64,000 nucleotides of DNA from Thelocarpon superellum (lineage: Eukaryota): the NCBI GenBank assembly GCA_026025795.1, contig JAPEUG010000049.1, forward strand, positions 1-64,000, read 5' to 3'. The notes under the pieces are model-generated. The model was not told the origin of the DNA. It saw only the letters and a list, made by a program, of their open reading frames with translations, and did not search any database. The position numbers and the translations under genes are program-made. Positions 46,708 to 61,048 of this stretch are shown here, one piece after another; position 1 is the first letter of the stretch, and every line of letters begins with the position of its first letter.

Positions 46708-47328
46708 CACGGCGACCGGATGCCGAGCGGTTTGGAACAAGGGGAAGACACCCGTGGGGACAGCTTGTACTGCGAACGATGGATAGCAGCCCAGGAGGCG
46801 GTAGTGAATGGCGGCTTGGGCGAGACTACGGAGGCTGCGATCACGACAATGCCCATGTCCTTGCCATACAAGCGACCGCTGCCCCACCACCTGATTCGCG
46901 AACCCTAACAGTAACGTAACTAACTGGATAGGACTCGTTCGTCTTTCGTGGAGCCGTCCCAGCCCGGCCCTTGCTAGCGTCGGACAGTAGCGAGGAGTGG
47001 CGTCTTCATCGATCCTGTCCCTCGTGGTGCAAATAGCACCATGAGCGTGCAGCCCCGAGTGCGTTTGCGTGGGAGCCAGCAAATACGTCCGCCCGAACAT
47101 ACCACGGAATACCGCTACGAGTATTCATCCTGACAGCGCGGTCGAGGCCATTGACACAGCACGATGGTCACCGTTATTGATCGCCCCCCCTTCCTGTGAT
47201 ACCGGGCTTGATGATCCATGCCCCGCGTTTGCGAACGTTGGTCACCTCTACTTCTGACCCTGGCCCGGCGTCGAGGATGAGAGCCGGCGCGAGCTAGGAC
47301 CAGGCGGACGAAGTCATCCCCCACCATC

Positions 47329-48376
47329 ATGGCCGCGCGGTCTCGGCCTCGTGGAGCGCCGTCCAAAGACGACGACGCTCACGAGGAGGAGCGTAACATG
47401 TGGAAGCAGATTGTCACCGACATGAAGAAGCTCAAGACCATCAACGCCCGGGCGGCCGAGGTCTCGCGACTAATCGTCGAGAGCGAGGATAAGATGGGGG
47501 CCGATGCCGCCCCCAGCGTGCGCGAGATCGACCGGCTCCAGGAATATTATCGAGAGGGCTTGAAGCTCGCCGAGGAAGAGCAAAAGATCCTCAAGGAGGA
47601 TCCCAACGGCGCCATTCAAAACATCGGCATTCTCAATGCCCTCCGCACCGCCAGCGAGATCGATGTGCCCCGCGCCTCTACCGCACTCAAGCCCCGCAAT
47701 CCGAAACGGACCAAGATCGACACGGATGTGGCCATCGAGTCACCCGCACCCTCGCCCAGCATCGCCTCCACGGCGAGTCACCCCCGTCTCAAGGGCTCCG
47801 TCGGCCGCAGCGGGTCGGTATCGTCGATCGCCAAGGACGGCAAGGACACGGCGGTCAAGATCGAAGAGGGTCTAAACGCCAGCGGCGTCGAAGGCGTCAA
47901 AGGTACCTCGGCCGAGAAGGCCGGCTTGCTGGTCAAGAATGCCGAGGTGGCGTATAAGCAGAGCAAGGTGAAGGATTTCGAGGGCGAGTGGATCCAATGT
48001 ATCATCATTTCCGTGACCGGGGAAGGAAAACAGAAGCGGTAGGTCTCACTGCACGCACGCTTCCTCCTCCTCCGTGCTCATGCGTGGCAGGTACGAGGTC
48101 CAGGATCCTGAACCCGACGAGAATGGCGCGCCAGGGAGGATCTACAAGACCACGGCGTCCACGCTCATCCCCGTCCCGCCGGCGGGGGCGTCGCTGCCTG
48201 ACTTTCCCAAGGGCAAGCAGGTCCTGGCCAAGTACCCCGAGACCACCACCTTCTACCGCGCCGAGGTGATGGGCATGAAGCGCGAGAGCTATCGCCTACG
48301 CTTTGAGGGGGAAGACGAGATTGGAAAGGAACAAGATGTAGATAGACGATACGTCTTGGACTACGGCGCCAAATGA
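47329..48376 (+). CDS. SGF29: SAGA-associated factor 29 (tandem Tudor)
   Basis: Intron 48039-48090. Motifs EVAYK..GEWIQC, RYEVQDPEPD, VLAKYPETTTFYRAEV, YRLRFEGED. Confidence 0.92.
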
Positions 48377-48986
48377 AGCACCGGCCCCGCTCCACCAGTG
48401 ATCCTCATCCATGTCCTGCTGGCGGCGAGATGGTGATCTGGGCACGTCGTGGTAGGGACATCCGACATCGCACTGGCTCCCGTTCCCATCCCTCCATCCT
48501 TCCATTCATCCGGCTATCCGCCTACGAGCGCCAAGTGCCGAGTGCCAAGCGGGCCGGGAGTGAGTGGTGCACGGCGCTCGGTGCTCGGTGGCTCGCTTAC
48601 ATAAGCCCGCTTAAGGGGGTCCTGTGGTTTCGTTTCAGGCAAATTGCGGACTCGTGATCTCGTCCTATCGAGAATTCGGATACACAAATCCGTGGACCGG
48701 AGCTTCCTCGCATCTCGTCTCCACACGCCGCCTCCTCTCCCCGGCTTCGTCGCAACCGCACCCACCACGTCCTGATCACGCGCCAGTCACTCCTTAGATC
48801 CCCATACCTCCCGCGCATCAGAGTCCTTCCTCTTCTCCCGCTACTCTCCATCAATCGAGCTCCATTGCCCCCCGATCTGCGCCGCACCCGATCAATTCGG
48901 CCCCCATCCCACCTCGAGCGGCGTACACGCACGCCGCGATCTCGTCGCCGCAAAGCCTCTTTGAGCGAGTGCGCACGGCCGCCGCT

Positions 48987-49794
<808 letters not shown>

Positions 49795-50194
49795 AGCCTC
49801 TTCTCCTTCCTGGTTCTTCTTCATTTTCAGCGCCCAGGCTCCGGTGTTACCGCGCCGGACTGTCTTCCTCGGTCGCTTTCCGCACATAGATATATCGCCC
49901 TGTGATGTCTCCGCGCCCCACGCAACTTGTATTCTAGACCTCCTAATACCCTCTTGTCCTGTCCTCGCTCACTCCACCGTTCCTCTCGCGTCGGCTGGCA
50001 ACATCGCCGATATCCTCCGTCGACGATGCCGCTCTCTGAAGGATGTATGCTCGGATCTTGGCGTGTACGATATCTGTTCGAGCTAGATTCGGTTGCGTGG
50101 AGCCCGATGTGGCGCGGCGTGCGGCCCATGTGGCGAAAGGGCTGCCTGTGTTGGGCGTCCATACCGATCTGCCAGTAGTCTGACGCGATACTTC

Positions 50195-50864
50195 TCACAC
50201 CTTGCGGTACGCCTCACGCAGATCCCAACCGTCCAAGCCCCCGACGGGAACTTCCCCCACCACTCGCGCCGGCCGTCCTCCGACCACGGAGAAACTTGGC
50301 ACCACCATGCCCGGCGGTACGACACTGCCATCCAGCACCTTGACGTAATCCTTCAAGATGGCAAAGCGACCGATCACCGCCCCACGTCCCACGTGCACAT
50401 AGCTGCCGAGCACCGCGGCCTCGACCACGGCATCCGCGCCAATAAAAACATGCTCGCCGATCTTCAGCGGGTAATACGCGTAGGCTCCACGTTGCAGCTT
50501 GCTCGGGGGGCGCAACAAGGCCGACGTCGCCAGGTAGGAGTAGCGGCCGATGGAGAGCGCGATGTTGGAACTACTGCTGCTGCCGCCACCACCGCTGCCG
50601 GTAGCACCACCCGCCGCCCCGGACGTGGCGGTCGCGGGCGCGGCGGTACGATGCAAGTCGCCACGGATGGCGCACTCGGCTTGTATTACCGTCTTCCCGC
50701 CCAGGATGATGTTTTGCGTGCCCTGGAGCTGCGAACGACGCGAGATCTTGTTCCCCGTCTCCTGTTCGGGACATCAGCTGCATCTCTGTGACGTCGACGG
50801 CCATGTGACTCGGGAGGGCCCTCACCGTCTCTATATATTCGCCCTTGACATTCTTGGGCGGCAT
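50195..50864 (-). CDS. DCTN5: Dynactin subunit 5 (p25), left-handed beta-helix
   Basis: GEYIET|ETGNKISRRSQLQGTQNIILGGKT..IRGDL, IGRYS..LRPP, YPLKIGEHVFIG, VVPSFSVVGGRP. Confidence 0.9.
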
Positions 50865-51872
50865 GTTGGCGGGTCGATAGAATGGCCAGACTGCCCTGCG
50901 GCCGAGGCCTGGTGGGAAGAGTGCATTCGGCGAAGCCAGTCCATCGCCCATTTCTAGTGATCGCGCGGAGGTCAATCTACGGTTCCAAAGGCGGTGTGGA
51001 GGGGCAGAATCAACGGCGATCCGCCACACAGGAGACGCGTGAACCACCGAGTATGTCGAGTCGTTGACCGGTGGGGATGAATATTGATTGATAACAATGA
51101 AGATTAGTAATTGATCGCAGAGCCTGAGACAATATCTTCAACTATGGCCCAACTCTCAATAGATTCACTGCAGTTTTCAGAAAGCTCTGCTACGATCGCC
51201 AAGGACCACGCACAGGGTGGGTTAATCCCACTGCTCACGCATGCTCTCCGCAACATTGTTCTTCAAGGCGGTGACTCTCCCTCCACCCAGAGTCGTTCGC
51301 GGTATGACCAGCTGAGCCAGGCAGGCAGAAAGATATCAAGAATACGTCAAACTGCATCTCCGCCGCTCACTTTGAGCGGGGTCGAGTCCGGCATTGCCAT
51401 AGTTGTGCCCCTGCTCCAACGCGTAGAATAGAGGGGCGGCTTGGGGCCCGGAGAGCCAAGCGAGCGAGGTAGACTCCCACAGGCAGACTGCATGGTGCGC
51501 CCGCTAGCCCCAGGCAGCAGTCATGGTCCGCCCGGCCAGGCTCAGGATCGTGCACGCATCACCTCCTGTGACGGGCTCTTGCTCGGTGGGGACCGTGCTT
51601 GACGGTCGATGGGTGCGCTCTCGAGGAAGATGAGGTGACCTCCGTCGTTTATCATCTCATCTCGCCCCTCTCGTCTCCTCTCTCTCCATCACGGCCGTGT
51701 TCCACTTTCCCTTTGGATTCAGAGAGGGCCAGGTCTCACGCACCTTCTCCCACGATGATGATACGTAACATCTGAGCGTTATAGCCCAGACGGACAAGCA
51801 CCGTGAAGATACCGGTAGCTATCCATCCATCGTCCTCGTGTCCGAGGCTACGAGAGCCTGCGCGTTTCGACG

Positions 51873-53096
51873 ATGGAGATGGAAATCCAGCGACAGCGTC
51901 GGCATTCGGGGCGATGCTTCAATCTTGGAGACCTACCGTTGGATATCTTTCATATGGTTTGCGATCGGCTAGACGAGGACGATCCTCCGAGCGTGCGAAT
52001 CTTGCGTGAGGCGGAAGTTACATCGGATAAGATCCGATGTGAGTCCAATCCGCTCAAGAATCTCTCGTGCGTCTCCAAGATGTGGCGCGCGCTCGTCCTC
52101 CCCCATCTCTTCAAATACACGCGCCTGGAGGTGCGGTGGTCGACGCGCCAGTGCGCACAGTACTACGTCTACCACCGCGCCCAGTCTCTGCTTCGCTTCC
52201 TCGAGGCGAACGACTTGAAGGGTGAGGTCGGGAGCCTGGTCATCTACTGCTCGCATTCGCCGTCGTCGCCGCCGTATGAAAGCAAGGGGGTGTACAGCGG
52301 CTTGAGCTCGAGCCAATTCTTCGCCCGGTCGCTGTGGTGGCATCTCTTTCCCGCCCTCAATCCGCCGCGCATCACCCTGGTGGGACCACCGGTGCTACTG
52401 TCTGATCTCGCTGGCGTCGGGCCGGCAATGGACGTGAGACAGTATGTGATCGTCCCCCCGGCGATAGAGGGGAAGGTCTTCTTCGTCCTCTGTCTGGAGC
52501 AGTCGGATCGGGGTCCCCTAGAGAGCGACTCTTCCTTTGGTTTCGACACGGCCGTGGGTTTGCTCTACGCGGGTCGATGGACTAGGCTCTCTTTGAACGA
52601 GGGCACCACGTGGGGTCCACCGAAACACCGAATCTATTACCAATTCGCCAGCCCGACGTCGAGGTCCTTGCTCGAGCTACTGGAATTTCGCATGGCCATC
52701 TCCGAGCTCCGATCCGTGAGCTACACAAGCGTGTACCCCCTCAGCCGCGTCGCCATAGCCCTCGCCTCGTTCGCCAACCGCTGTATTCGCCTCGAGACGC
52801 TGGAGGTTCGATTCACAGCCAACGGCATGAAGCTGGATGTTGCACCAGAGGTCGCCAACGCTGGCATGTCCCTCGACCCGCTGAAATTTGCAAGGGAGGC
52901 GTTAAGCGCCGACGTATGTTCCACGCTCGCCACCAGGGTGCCTGGTCGATCGCCCCTGACCTTGATCTGCCACGATGTGCAAGAAGGTGGCCTACTAGAG
53001 AATCTGGACGAGGATCTCGAGAGTAGTCTCGTGGGCTGGACTCGAGAACGCCAGGGCGTGTGGGTGTCGGGTGACCCACCCGGCGCAGATGACTGA
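51873..53096 (+). CDS. F-box-like protein
   Basis: LGDLPLDIFHMVCDRL..PLKNLSCVSKMWRALVLPHLFK split F-box. Intronless 407-aa ORF. Confidence 0.7.
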   Translation: MEMEIQRQRRHSGRCFNLGDLPLDIFHMVCDRLDEDDPPSVRILREAEVTSDKIRCESNPLKNLSCVSKMWRALVLPHLFKYTRLEVRWSTRQCAQYYVYHRAQSLLRFLEANDLKGEVGSLVIYCSHSPSSPPYESKGVYSGLSSSQFFARSLWWHLFPALNPPRITLVGPPVLLSDLAGVGPAMDVRQYVIVPPAIEGKVFFVLCLEQSDRGPLESDSSFGFDTAVGLLYAGRWTRLSLNEGTTWGPPKHRIYYQFASPTSRSLLELLEFRMAISELRSVSYTSVYPLSRVAIALASFANRCIRLETLEVRFTANGMKLDVAPEVANAGMSLDPLKFAREALSADVCSTLATRVPGRSPLTLICHDVQEGGLLENLDEDLESSLVGWTRERQGVWVSGDPPGADD

Positions 53097-53265
53097 GCGC
53101 ACGACGAGGGAGCTTACGTGTTCACACGTCTACTCCACCACCCCTCCGCATCGAGCCTGTCAGTTGGGGCTGCATGACGGATCAAGGACGGTCTTGGAGC
53201 GTTGGAGAATTGGTGTTACAAAGGCCGTTGCCCAGCACGAGTCGCTAGTCGCTCGTGCCTCATCG

Positions 53266-54879
53266 CTAGTCCACTCTCCTTTCCCGACCCCAGACCTCAT
53301 CCGCATCCCGCTTGCCCTTGGTCTCGGGCACCAACCACCAGACAAAGGCGAAGAAGAAGGCGGCCAGGCCTGCAAACACATAGTAAACCCGTCCTCGACC
53401 GAGAGCCGTGTTGAGCACGGGGAAGAACTGGGCGACCAGGAAGGTGGCGGACCAGTTGGCCACCAGGGCCCAGCTCTGGGTCGCGCCAACAGCCTCCTGG
53501 CCTACCAGTTCACTCGCTAGGATGAACGGCACCGGACCCAGTCCGACGGCAAACGAGGCGACAAACAGCACGGTGGCGATGGCGGAGAGGATGGGAATGG
53601 CGAGGAAGATGGAGATGGCGAGGAGCAACGCGTTCAACCCCATGCCGGCGATGGACAGGAGGAGACAGACCTTCCGGCCGAGACGGTCCGCCAACGGCGC
53701 ACAGATGATCGTCGTCACCAGGTTCATGGCCGAGACGAAGACGGTTAGGAGGGCAGAGGTGGTGGGAAGGAGCTCGGACAGCAGATCGACCGAGTACATG
53801 ACGATGCTGTTGATCCCGCAGAGCTGCTGCGCCAGCATGACCCCGACCACGGCGATGATGGCCGGGCGGTAGAGGGGGATGCGGAGGACGTCGAGGACGC
53901 CCACGTGGCCGGTAGCGGCAGAGGCGCTGTCCATGTTCTCGCTCCCCCGACGCGACGTGCCCGGCTGCGGGGCTAAGAGGGCCTCTTCTTCGACTGCGGC
54001 GAATCAGCATGTGTTCCCCTAGCGCACAGGGTCAGTCCACTCACTTGGATCATCTCCAGTCGCTCCGATACCCCCTCCCCACGCTTGCACCTCCGCCTCA
54101 ATATTGCCTCGCTCCCCACGAATCCTCTTCAAGAGACGCCGGGCCGCGAGCGCCTTGCCATGTGCGCCGAGCCACTGCGGGCTCTCCGACGCCCCGAAGA
54201 GGCCGAGGAACTGCGCGAAACCGATGAAGCCACCCACGGCGAGCACGATCCGCCAGAGCTGGCCTCGGCTCAGAAAGTAGCCCAGCAGCTGGGCGATCAA
54301 GATGCCGACGTTGATCATGACCTGGGTCAGGGCGCCGAAGAGACCTTTTCCGTCGGGTGGGGCGATCTCGGACACGTAGACGGGGACGATGACCAGGGCT
54401 GCGCCGGAGCCGATGCCCGACAGCACGCGACCCAGAGCAAGAACGGGGATGTTGGGCGCGAAGGCCTCGAACACGGGACCGAGGGTGTGGAAGACGGTGG
54501 TCAGTCGCATCGTCTGGAGACGTCCGTAACGGGTGGAACATGGTCCGGCGGCCAAGGCGCCCAGCACGCCGCCCAAGGTATAGATGGACGACACTAAGCC
54601 GAATTCCGCCGGGGTCATGGAAATGCACTGCGGCAAGAAGGAGAGTCCATAGGTCACAATCTCCCTCTTCTTGCACGTAATGACGGCTTGGGGGGCGTTG
54701 AGCTCAGCCTGAGCATCGCGACGTCAGTGGACGAGCGTGAACTGGGCAGTCATGTGTGGGCCACCGACCAAATGGTAGCCAAACTGCAGTGGCCCGGTCG
54801 TGGCGACCAGGACGAGAAAGAGGAGATATGCCGTGATGCCCTTCGTCGTGGTGTCGCCGCTGTCCCTCCGAGTGACCAT
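53266..54879 (-). CDS. MFS sugar porter family transporter (Vps73/YBR241C-like)
   Basis: LQFGYHL|AELNAPQ, YGR, GRVLSGIGSG, YVSEIAP, ESPQWL, AQQLCGINSI, DRLGRK, GLGPVPFILASE, PETKG. Two introns. Confidence 0.9.
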
Positions 54880-55549
54880 TGTGGCCGCGGAGGGCGTGGC
54901 TAGGCCACGAGTTTCTGGACTTCAGCGTCCGTCTCTCGTCGCCGTGTCGCAATCGAGAATGATGCGGACGGAATCAGGTCATCATCGGCTTAGACTGCAG
55001 ATCATATCGTCTCGTGTGCGAGGGACGTTGTCTCAGGCACATCGGCAGGACGATGGGGCACCATGGTGTAGTTCCTCCGTACGTTGGTGGTTGGTCCGTG
55101 AGCGGCGGCGGTGCCTGCAGCAAGGAACCAGGCTGTTGTGCCATGGGTGGCCAAGCCACATTCCCGCCCACGCAGCTCCGTCGACGGCACCCCACAATCT
55201 ATCTCCTTTTCGTAGAGCGGGCGAGCGAGCGAGCGAGTGATCCATACAAGATCATTCGTTTTACACCGTGCCATTTACATCTCGACGAAGCCTCCCTGGG
55301 GCTCTTCCACTTCTTCCGTACTCCCGTCTCCCGCGCCGATGGCATGAGCGGCGGGCAAATCGCTCAGCTCAGCCCACGCGGCCTCTCCCTCTAGCCTCGG
55401 ACCCCTCCACGGCTTCAGACCGGACCGATCGTACTCGGATTCATGCGGCTTGCGACTTAGGGCATGGCTAGGATGCGTGTCGACGTCGACGATTGGTATC
55501 CCACTCTGACATAAGCTCGCACGACTGCCGCCTGCCGCCCGCCGCCGCC

Positions 55550-57073
55550 ATGAGCTTGACCAACCCGCCGTCGGCGGCGGCCAGCGGGCCTCCGTCCGCG
55601 GGCAACAACACCTCCAAGGTCGCCGCGGCTTCTTCGGCGTCTACTCGCGACCTGAAGCGTAGCGTGCAGGCTGCCTTTGATGGTAGGTGCTCCTCTCTTA
55701 CCTCGGCGTTTCGGCGTGCGCACCACCCTGCAATGTCGACGCCTGGCTGACCTCGGCGGCAGACCCTTACGACGGCAAGAAGATGCCGGGCAATGGCTAC
55801 ATGAGCAAGGTCCGGGTGAATGAGCGCTACAAGGTGATTGGATTCATCAGCAGTGGCACCTATGGACGCGTGTACAAGGCCGTGGGCCGTAATGGGCAGA
55901 CGGGGGAATTCGCGATCAAAAAGTGAGGCCCGTCCGCGGTGAGGGTGCACGTCGTGGCTTCGGTGCCGGCGTGGCTGTACCGGTGGCTGATGCTTGTCGC
56001 GACGCAGATTCAAGCCGGACAAAGAGGGCGAGGTGATTCAGTACACGGGCATCTCACAGTCGGCGTGTCGGGAGATGGCGCTCTGTTCGGAGCTGTCGCA
56101 TTGCAACATCATCCACCTGGTGGAAATCATCCTGGAAGACAAATGCATCTTCATGGTGTTTGAGTACGCCGAGTACGATCTCCTACAGATCATCCACCAC
56201 CACACGCAGCCGACGCGACACCCGATCCCGGCGCCGACGGTCAAGAGCATGCTCTATCAACTGCTCAATGGCCTGCTGTACCTGCACAGCAACTGGGTGC
56301 TCCACCGCGACTTGAAGCCGGCCAACATCATGGTGACGAGCAGCGGGGAGGTGAAGATTGGGGATCTGGGGTTGGCGCGTCTGTTCTGGAAGCCGCTGCA
56401 TTCGCTGTACAACGGCGACAAGGTGGTGGTGACGATCTGGTATCGGGCGCCGGAGCTGCTGCTGGGGAGCAAGCATTACACGCCGGCCGTGGATCTGTGG
56501 GCGGTGGGATGCATCTTTGCGGAGCTGCTGAGCCTTCGGCCCATCTTCAAGGGCGAGGAGGCGAAGATGGATAGCCACAAGAAGACGGTGCCCTTTCAGC
56601 GGCATCAGGTGCAAAAGATCGTGGATATTTTGGGCATGCCGACCAAGGACCGCTGGCCCAACCTGATCTCCCAGCCGGAGTACGGGCAACTGCAGGGGTT
56701 GAGTACGTCGGCCACGGCGCGGGCGTCGCTGGAGAGTTGGTACAAGTCCACACTGCAGAACAACCAGTACACCTCGTCCGACCCCGAGGCCTCGCCGGGT
56801 CCGGAGGGCTATCATCTGTTGGCCGGGCTGCTCGAGTACGATCCGGAGAAACGATTGACTGCGAGCCAGGCCCTGCAACACCCATACTTCACGGCCAACG
56901 GCGACAAGGTCAGTGGCAATTGTTTTGAGGGGATGAAGATGGAGTATCCCAAGCGACGAGTCAGTCAGGACGACAATGGCATTGGGACGGGAAGTCTGCC
57001 GGGGACCAAACGATCTGGGCTGCCTGATGATTCTATGGCTGGCCGGCCAACGAAGCGACTCAAGGAGGGGTAG
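55550..57073 (+). CDS. SSN3: Mediator kinase CDK8
   Basis: [19 protein letters not shown] cyclin-binding helix, [21 protein letters not shown]. Introns 55683-55762 and 55923-56008. Confidence 0.96.
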
Positions 57074-58033
57074 CACCGTGAGGGGGTCGGGAGACTGGTG
57101 ATGATACGAGGGACTCGAGACGCGCTCAGCATGTTGCAGACGGCGTTGCATGGCGGGAGGCATGAGATGAGAAAGGGACTTGTCAGAAGATCATATTTGT
57201 GCGTATGGAGTTCGGCAAGAAGTGGAAAGCGAGCGAAGACCTATGCTCCTGGCGCACCCCCGTTAGTCGAAGACCAACAATACCAAATGCTCCAGGAGTG
57301 AGATGCTCCCAAAATACGGATATCCTTAGCAAACTTCCATTTCTCAGATAGGTGTAGCCACCGCAAGGGCCTCTCTTGAGCCCTGATGCACCTCGTGAAG
57401 GCTGGACGAATTGCATATTCTTCGTTCTCTTGTGGCGTTGATCGCTGGTCCCCCAACTATACGGTCGCGAGCTATGTGCGGGCCAGGTGGATCAAGCGAG
57501 GGGTGAGCGAGCCGAGGCATCGCGCCCCACGGAGCCGCTTAGCAGTCCCGTCCACCAGGGAAGGGAGATTCAGTGCAGGGGGGTTCTAGTTCTAGTAGAA
57601 TCACGACAGACCCACTCTCAGTCGACGTCATTCGAGCGTGGGTAATCAATTGGCCCCAGGCTCTCTGCCGACTTTGTCCGTGATAACCACGGACGGCCGG
57701 AAAGGCTATTCACAGTATATAACAGGATGGTATCTCTGCTTCCATCGCGGAAGCTCGGTGACCCATACGTCATCGACCTCCAGATGCCGGAGTTGCACCA
57801 AGCCGGCTAGTGTCGTGATGCACGACCGAAAAATGCTTGATTGCCGTCGAGGACGCGGCGGATCTAGCAGCCTCGATGTCAGGCCGCTCGACTCTTTGCC
57901 CATATACGTAGGCGTCATTTCCTCCACGTCTCACCGTGTCTCGCTGTGTCTTTTGGGCCCGTGACCTCGTGCCAACAACCATCTCCATTTCCAACTCACC
58001 CCCGCATGTCAATCGCTTGCACACCCATCCACC

Positions 58034-59423
58034 ATGGCCAGCCCACGATATGAATCCGATGACGTCGACGTCTCGCCCTTGGGCCAGCCGTTGCCCTTTC
58101 CCTTCTCTGGACAAACGGCGAAGAACCGCTTCCTCAAGGCGGCCATGACGGAGCGTCTGTCGTCGTGGGACCCGCAGAAGCTCGAGGCGCGCGGAATCCC
58201 ATCCAAGGGCCTCATCAACGCCTTCAAGCGATGGGGCGAGGGCGGATTCGGCGTGATCCTGACCGGCAACACGATGATCGAGTACGACCAGCTGGAGGCC
58301 CCGGGCAACCCCATCATTCCACGAGGTGCCCCCTTTTCCGGCGAGCGATTCGAGGCCTTTGCCGAGCTGGCCCGCCAGTCCAAGAAGCATGGCTCCTTGA
58401 TCATCTCGCAGATCAGCCATCCCGGCCGACAGGTACAAGACGCCGTGCAGCCGGATCCCGTCAGCGCGTCGGATGTGCGGTTGGAAGGTACGCTGGTGAG
58501 GGACGGGCCTGGACTTTGACCCTGCTAACTAGACAGGCAACGTGATGGGCATGACCTTTGCCAAACCCCACGCGGCCACGTCGGAAGAGATCAAGAACAT
58601 CATCGAAGGATTTGCCCACGCGGCCGAGTATCTGCACCGGGCCGGATATGACGGCATCGAGCTGCACGGCGCGCACGGGTACCTCCTCTCGCAGTTCCTC
58701 TCGCCCACCACGAACCAGCGAACGGACCAATACGGCGGGTCGCTGGCGAACCGATCACGGCTCATCATGGAGATCGCGCAAGCAATCCGAGAACGCGTGC
58801 CGCAGAGCTTCATCCTCTCGATCAAGATCAACTCGGTCGAGTTCCAAGACAAGGGCTTCAACCCGGAGGAATGCCGCGAGCTGTGCCGCGAACTCGAAGC
58901 TAACCGGTTCGACTTCGTCGAACTCTCAGGCGGCACGTACGAATCGCTCGCCTTTGCGCACAAGCGCGAATCGACTAAAAAGCGCGAGGCTTTCTTCCTC
59001 GACTTTGCCGAGACCATCGCGCCCGCGCTCAAGGAGACCAAAATCTACATCACTGGCGGCTTCAAGACGGCCGGCGCGATGGTGCACGCGCTGCAGACCG
59101 TGCACGGTGTCGGGCTCGCGCGGCCGTCCACGCTCGAGCCAAGCTTCCCCAATGATATCTTGGCGGGGACCGTGACAGGCGCCATCAAGCAGCGCCTGGA
59201 CGAGAACAACTTTGGCTTGACCAACGTCGCGGCGGGCACGCAGATTCGCCAACTTGCACGAGACCAGCAGCCGGTCGATCTGTCGAACGAGGAGAATGTG
59301 AAGGGATTCATGGACGATATGGGTAAATGGGGTGAGGCAATGGGTAAGGACAAGGAGCATAAGATGTATGGATATGTGGATTTGTCCGCCCAGCCGGTGC
59401 CTTACCGAGTGGCTACGTCGTAG
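58034..59423 (+). CDS. NADH:flavin oxidoreductase / old yellow enzyme family
   Basis: KNRFLKAAMTE, QISHPGRQ, GYDGIELHGAHGYLLSQFLSP..NQRTDQYGGS, ELSGGTYE. Intron 58488-58536. Confidence 0.92.
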
Positions 59424-59522
59424 CTTGACGCTGCGTTAGACTTAATATAGAAGACGAAGAGAAGACGAGAAGATGGAAGAAGATGGGAAGATAATGGGAC
59501 GGACAGGTTGGATCTTAGCGGA

Positions 59523-60700
59523 TCAGCCCAAGGCAATCAACCCCCTCAGCAGGGCAACACCGGCCAGGACGGGATCCACGACACGAATCCGTTGTGCCCC
59601 TTCCAGCCCCAGCACGGCCACACACCCCTCTCGCACCGCTTCTTGCATCCCGCTCATGCCTGCACAGCCAAGATTGATGACCGTGAGGGTGTCGTCAACA
59701 TTGTCCCCTGTAGAGATGGTATCGGGGTCGGTGTCGGCGAAGGCTCCATCAGTGCTGCTGGCCTTGGTAGGTGTCCTCGTGAGGAGTCGAACCGTAGCAT
59801 CCCTCAACCTCCGTCGCACCTCAGCAGATGGTAAACTGTGCAACTCCGCTGCCGAGAGGCCCGTGGTCGACACACCCGCGAAGACGGCGCTCGGTCCCGT
59901 TCTTACAGTAGCCGCAGCAGGGTCAATGGTGGTGCTGGTGCTCGTGGGGGTAGCAGTGGACGCGGACGTGGACGTGGACGTGGACACGGTGGCGCTTAGC
60001 TCCGTCCCAAGCATCCCCCCCACGCCCTTCGTCAGCAACGCCTCCCACACCCTCCCCGTCGAGACGATTCCGAATCTCTCGCCGGGAAGGAGGCAGTGCA
60101 GACTCGTGGTCACGCTCGCTTCGAAGATGCCCATCACGACAGGGACGGGACTCGTCACCTTCACCTCTTCTCCTTCCCCCTCCCCTTCTCCCTTCCTCTT
60201 TTCCTCGATGGATCGATCCTTGTACTCTCTCAGGTAGCGCCGTAGCGACACAACAAGCGGGTGGACGGAATAACACGCGATCAAGACGCCCTGGTGAAAA
60301 CGGAGCAGCGGGAGTAAGAGCGGGTAGCACACTGCTGCGCTCCGTGCTGCGTCGGTGTCGTCGTCGATGCTGACGGGTGATGCGGGCGGTGCCGTGAAAT
60401 AGGTGTAGGCTGTCTAGTAATTTGAAGGGAGATGATTAATTCCAGTTGGTACGGGCTGCACTGACTACACGTGTGTGCCCAATTGCGACAGTATACCATG
60501 AGACTGGTTCGTACGAATAAAGGGTAGGAGATGGCGCAAGCACGGGAAGAAAGAACAGAGAAAGAACGAGAGAGAAGGAAACTCACGTCTGAATATCCAA
60601 GACCGGATATCAACGGTTTCAATGCTTCTGTCATTGACTGAGACGAGTTGGGATTCACAATGAGAATGTTATACCTGGGGGGATCTTTTGAAGGTGTCAT
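59523..60700 (-). CDS. Asp/Glu/hydantoin racemase family protein (Dcg1-like)
   Basis: ILIVNPNSSQSMT, IACYSVHPLV, GIFEAS, FGIVSTG, LGCAGM, VVDPV; both catalytic Cys present. Intron 60586-60414. Confidence 0.85.
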
Positions 60701-61048
60701 GTTTCTGACCGAGAGGGTCGATGTGTTGCGTCTAGATCCTCCTACTCGTTACCAAATGTATACCCTTTCAAATGTGGTGGGTAGCTCTTCGGTTACAGAT
60801 ATTTCCTGACTTTTGGCCTGGCGCCCTACCAATTGGCACAAACGCGAAAAATAAATAGGCAAGGTAAAGAGCTGTTCGAAATATCCATTCTCAGCTAAGA
60901 ACAGGGCACAAAAGAAAATCCCATACGTTGGATCAGCGTGTGCCATCATCATGCCCAGCGACCAACATCTCCTCCTATCGGTCCCTCGGTTCATGAGCTA
61001 AGGACAGAATGAGACACGGCCAGCACTCGGGCCTCTGATTGTCTCTCT

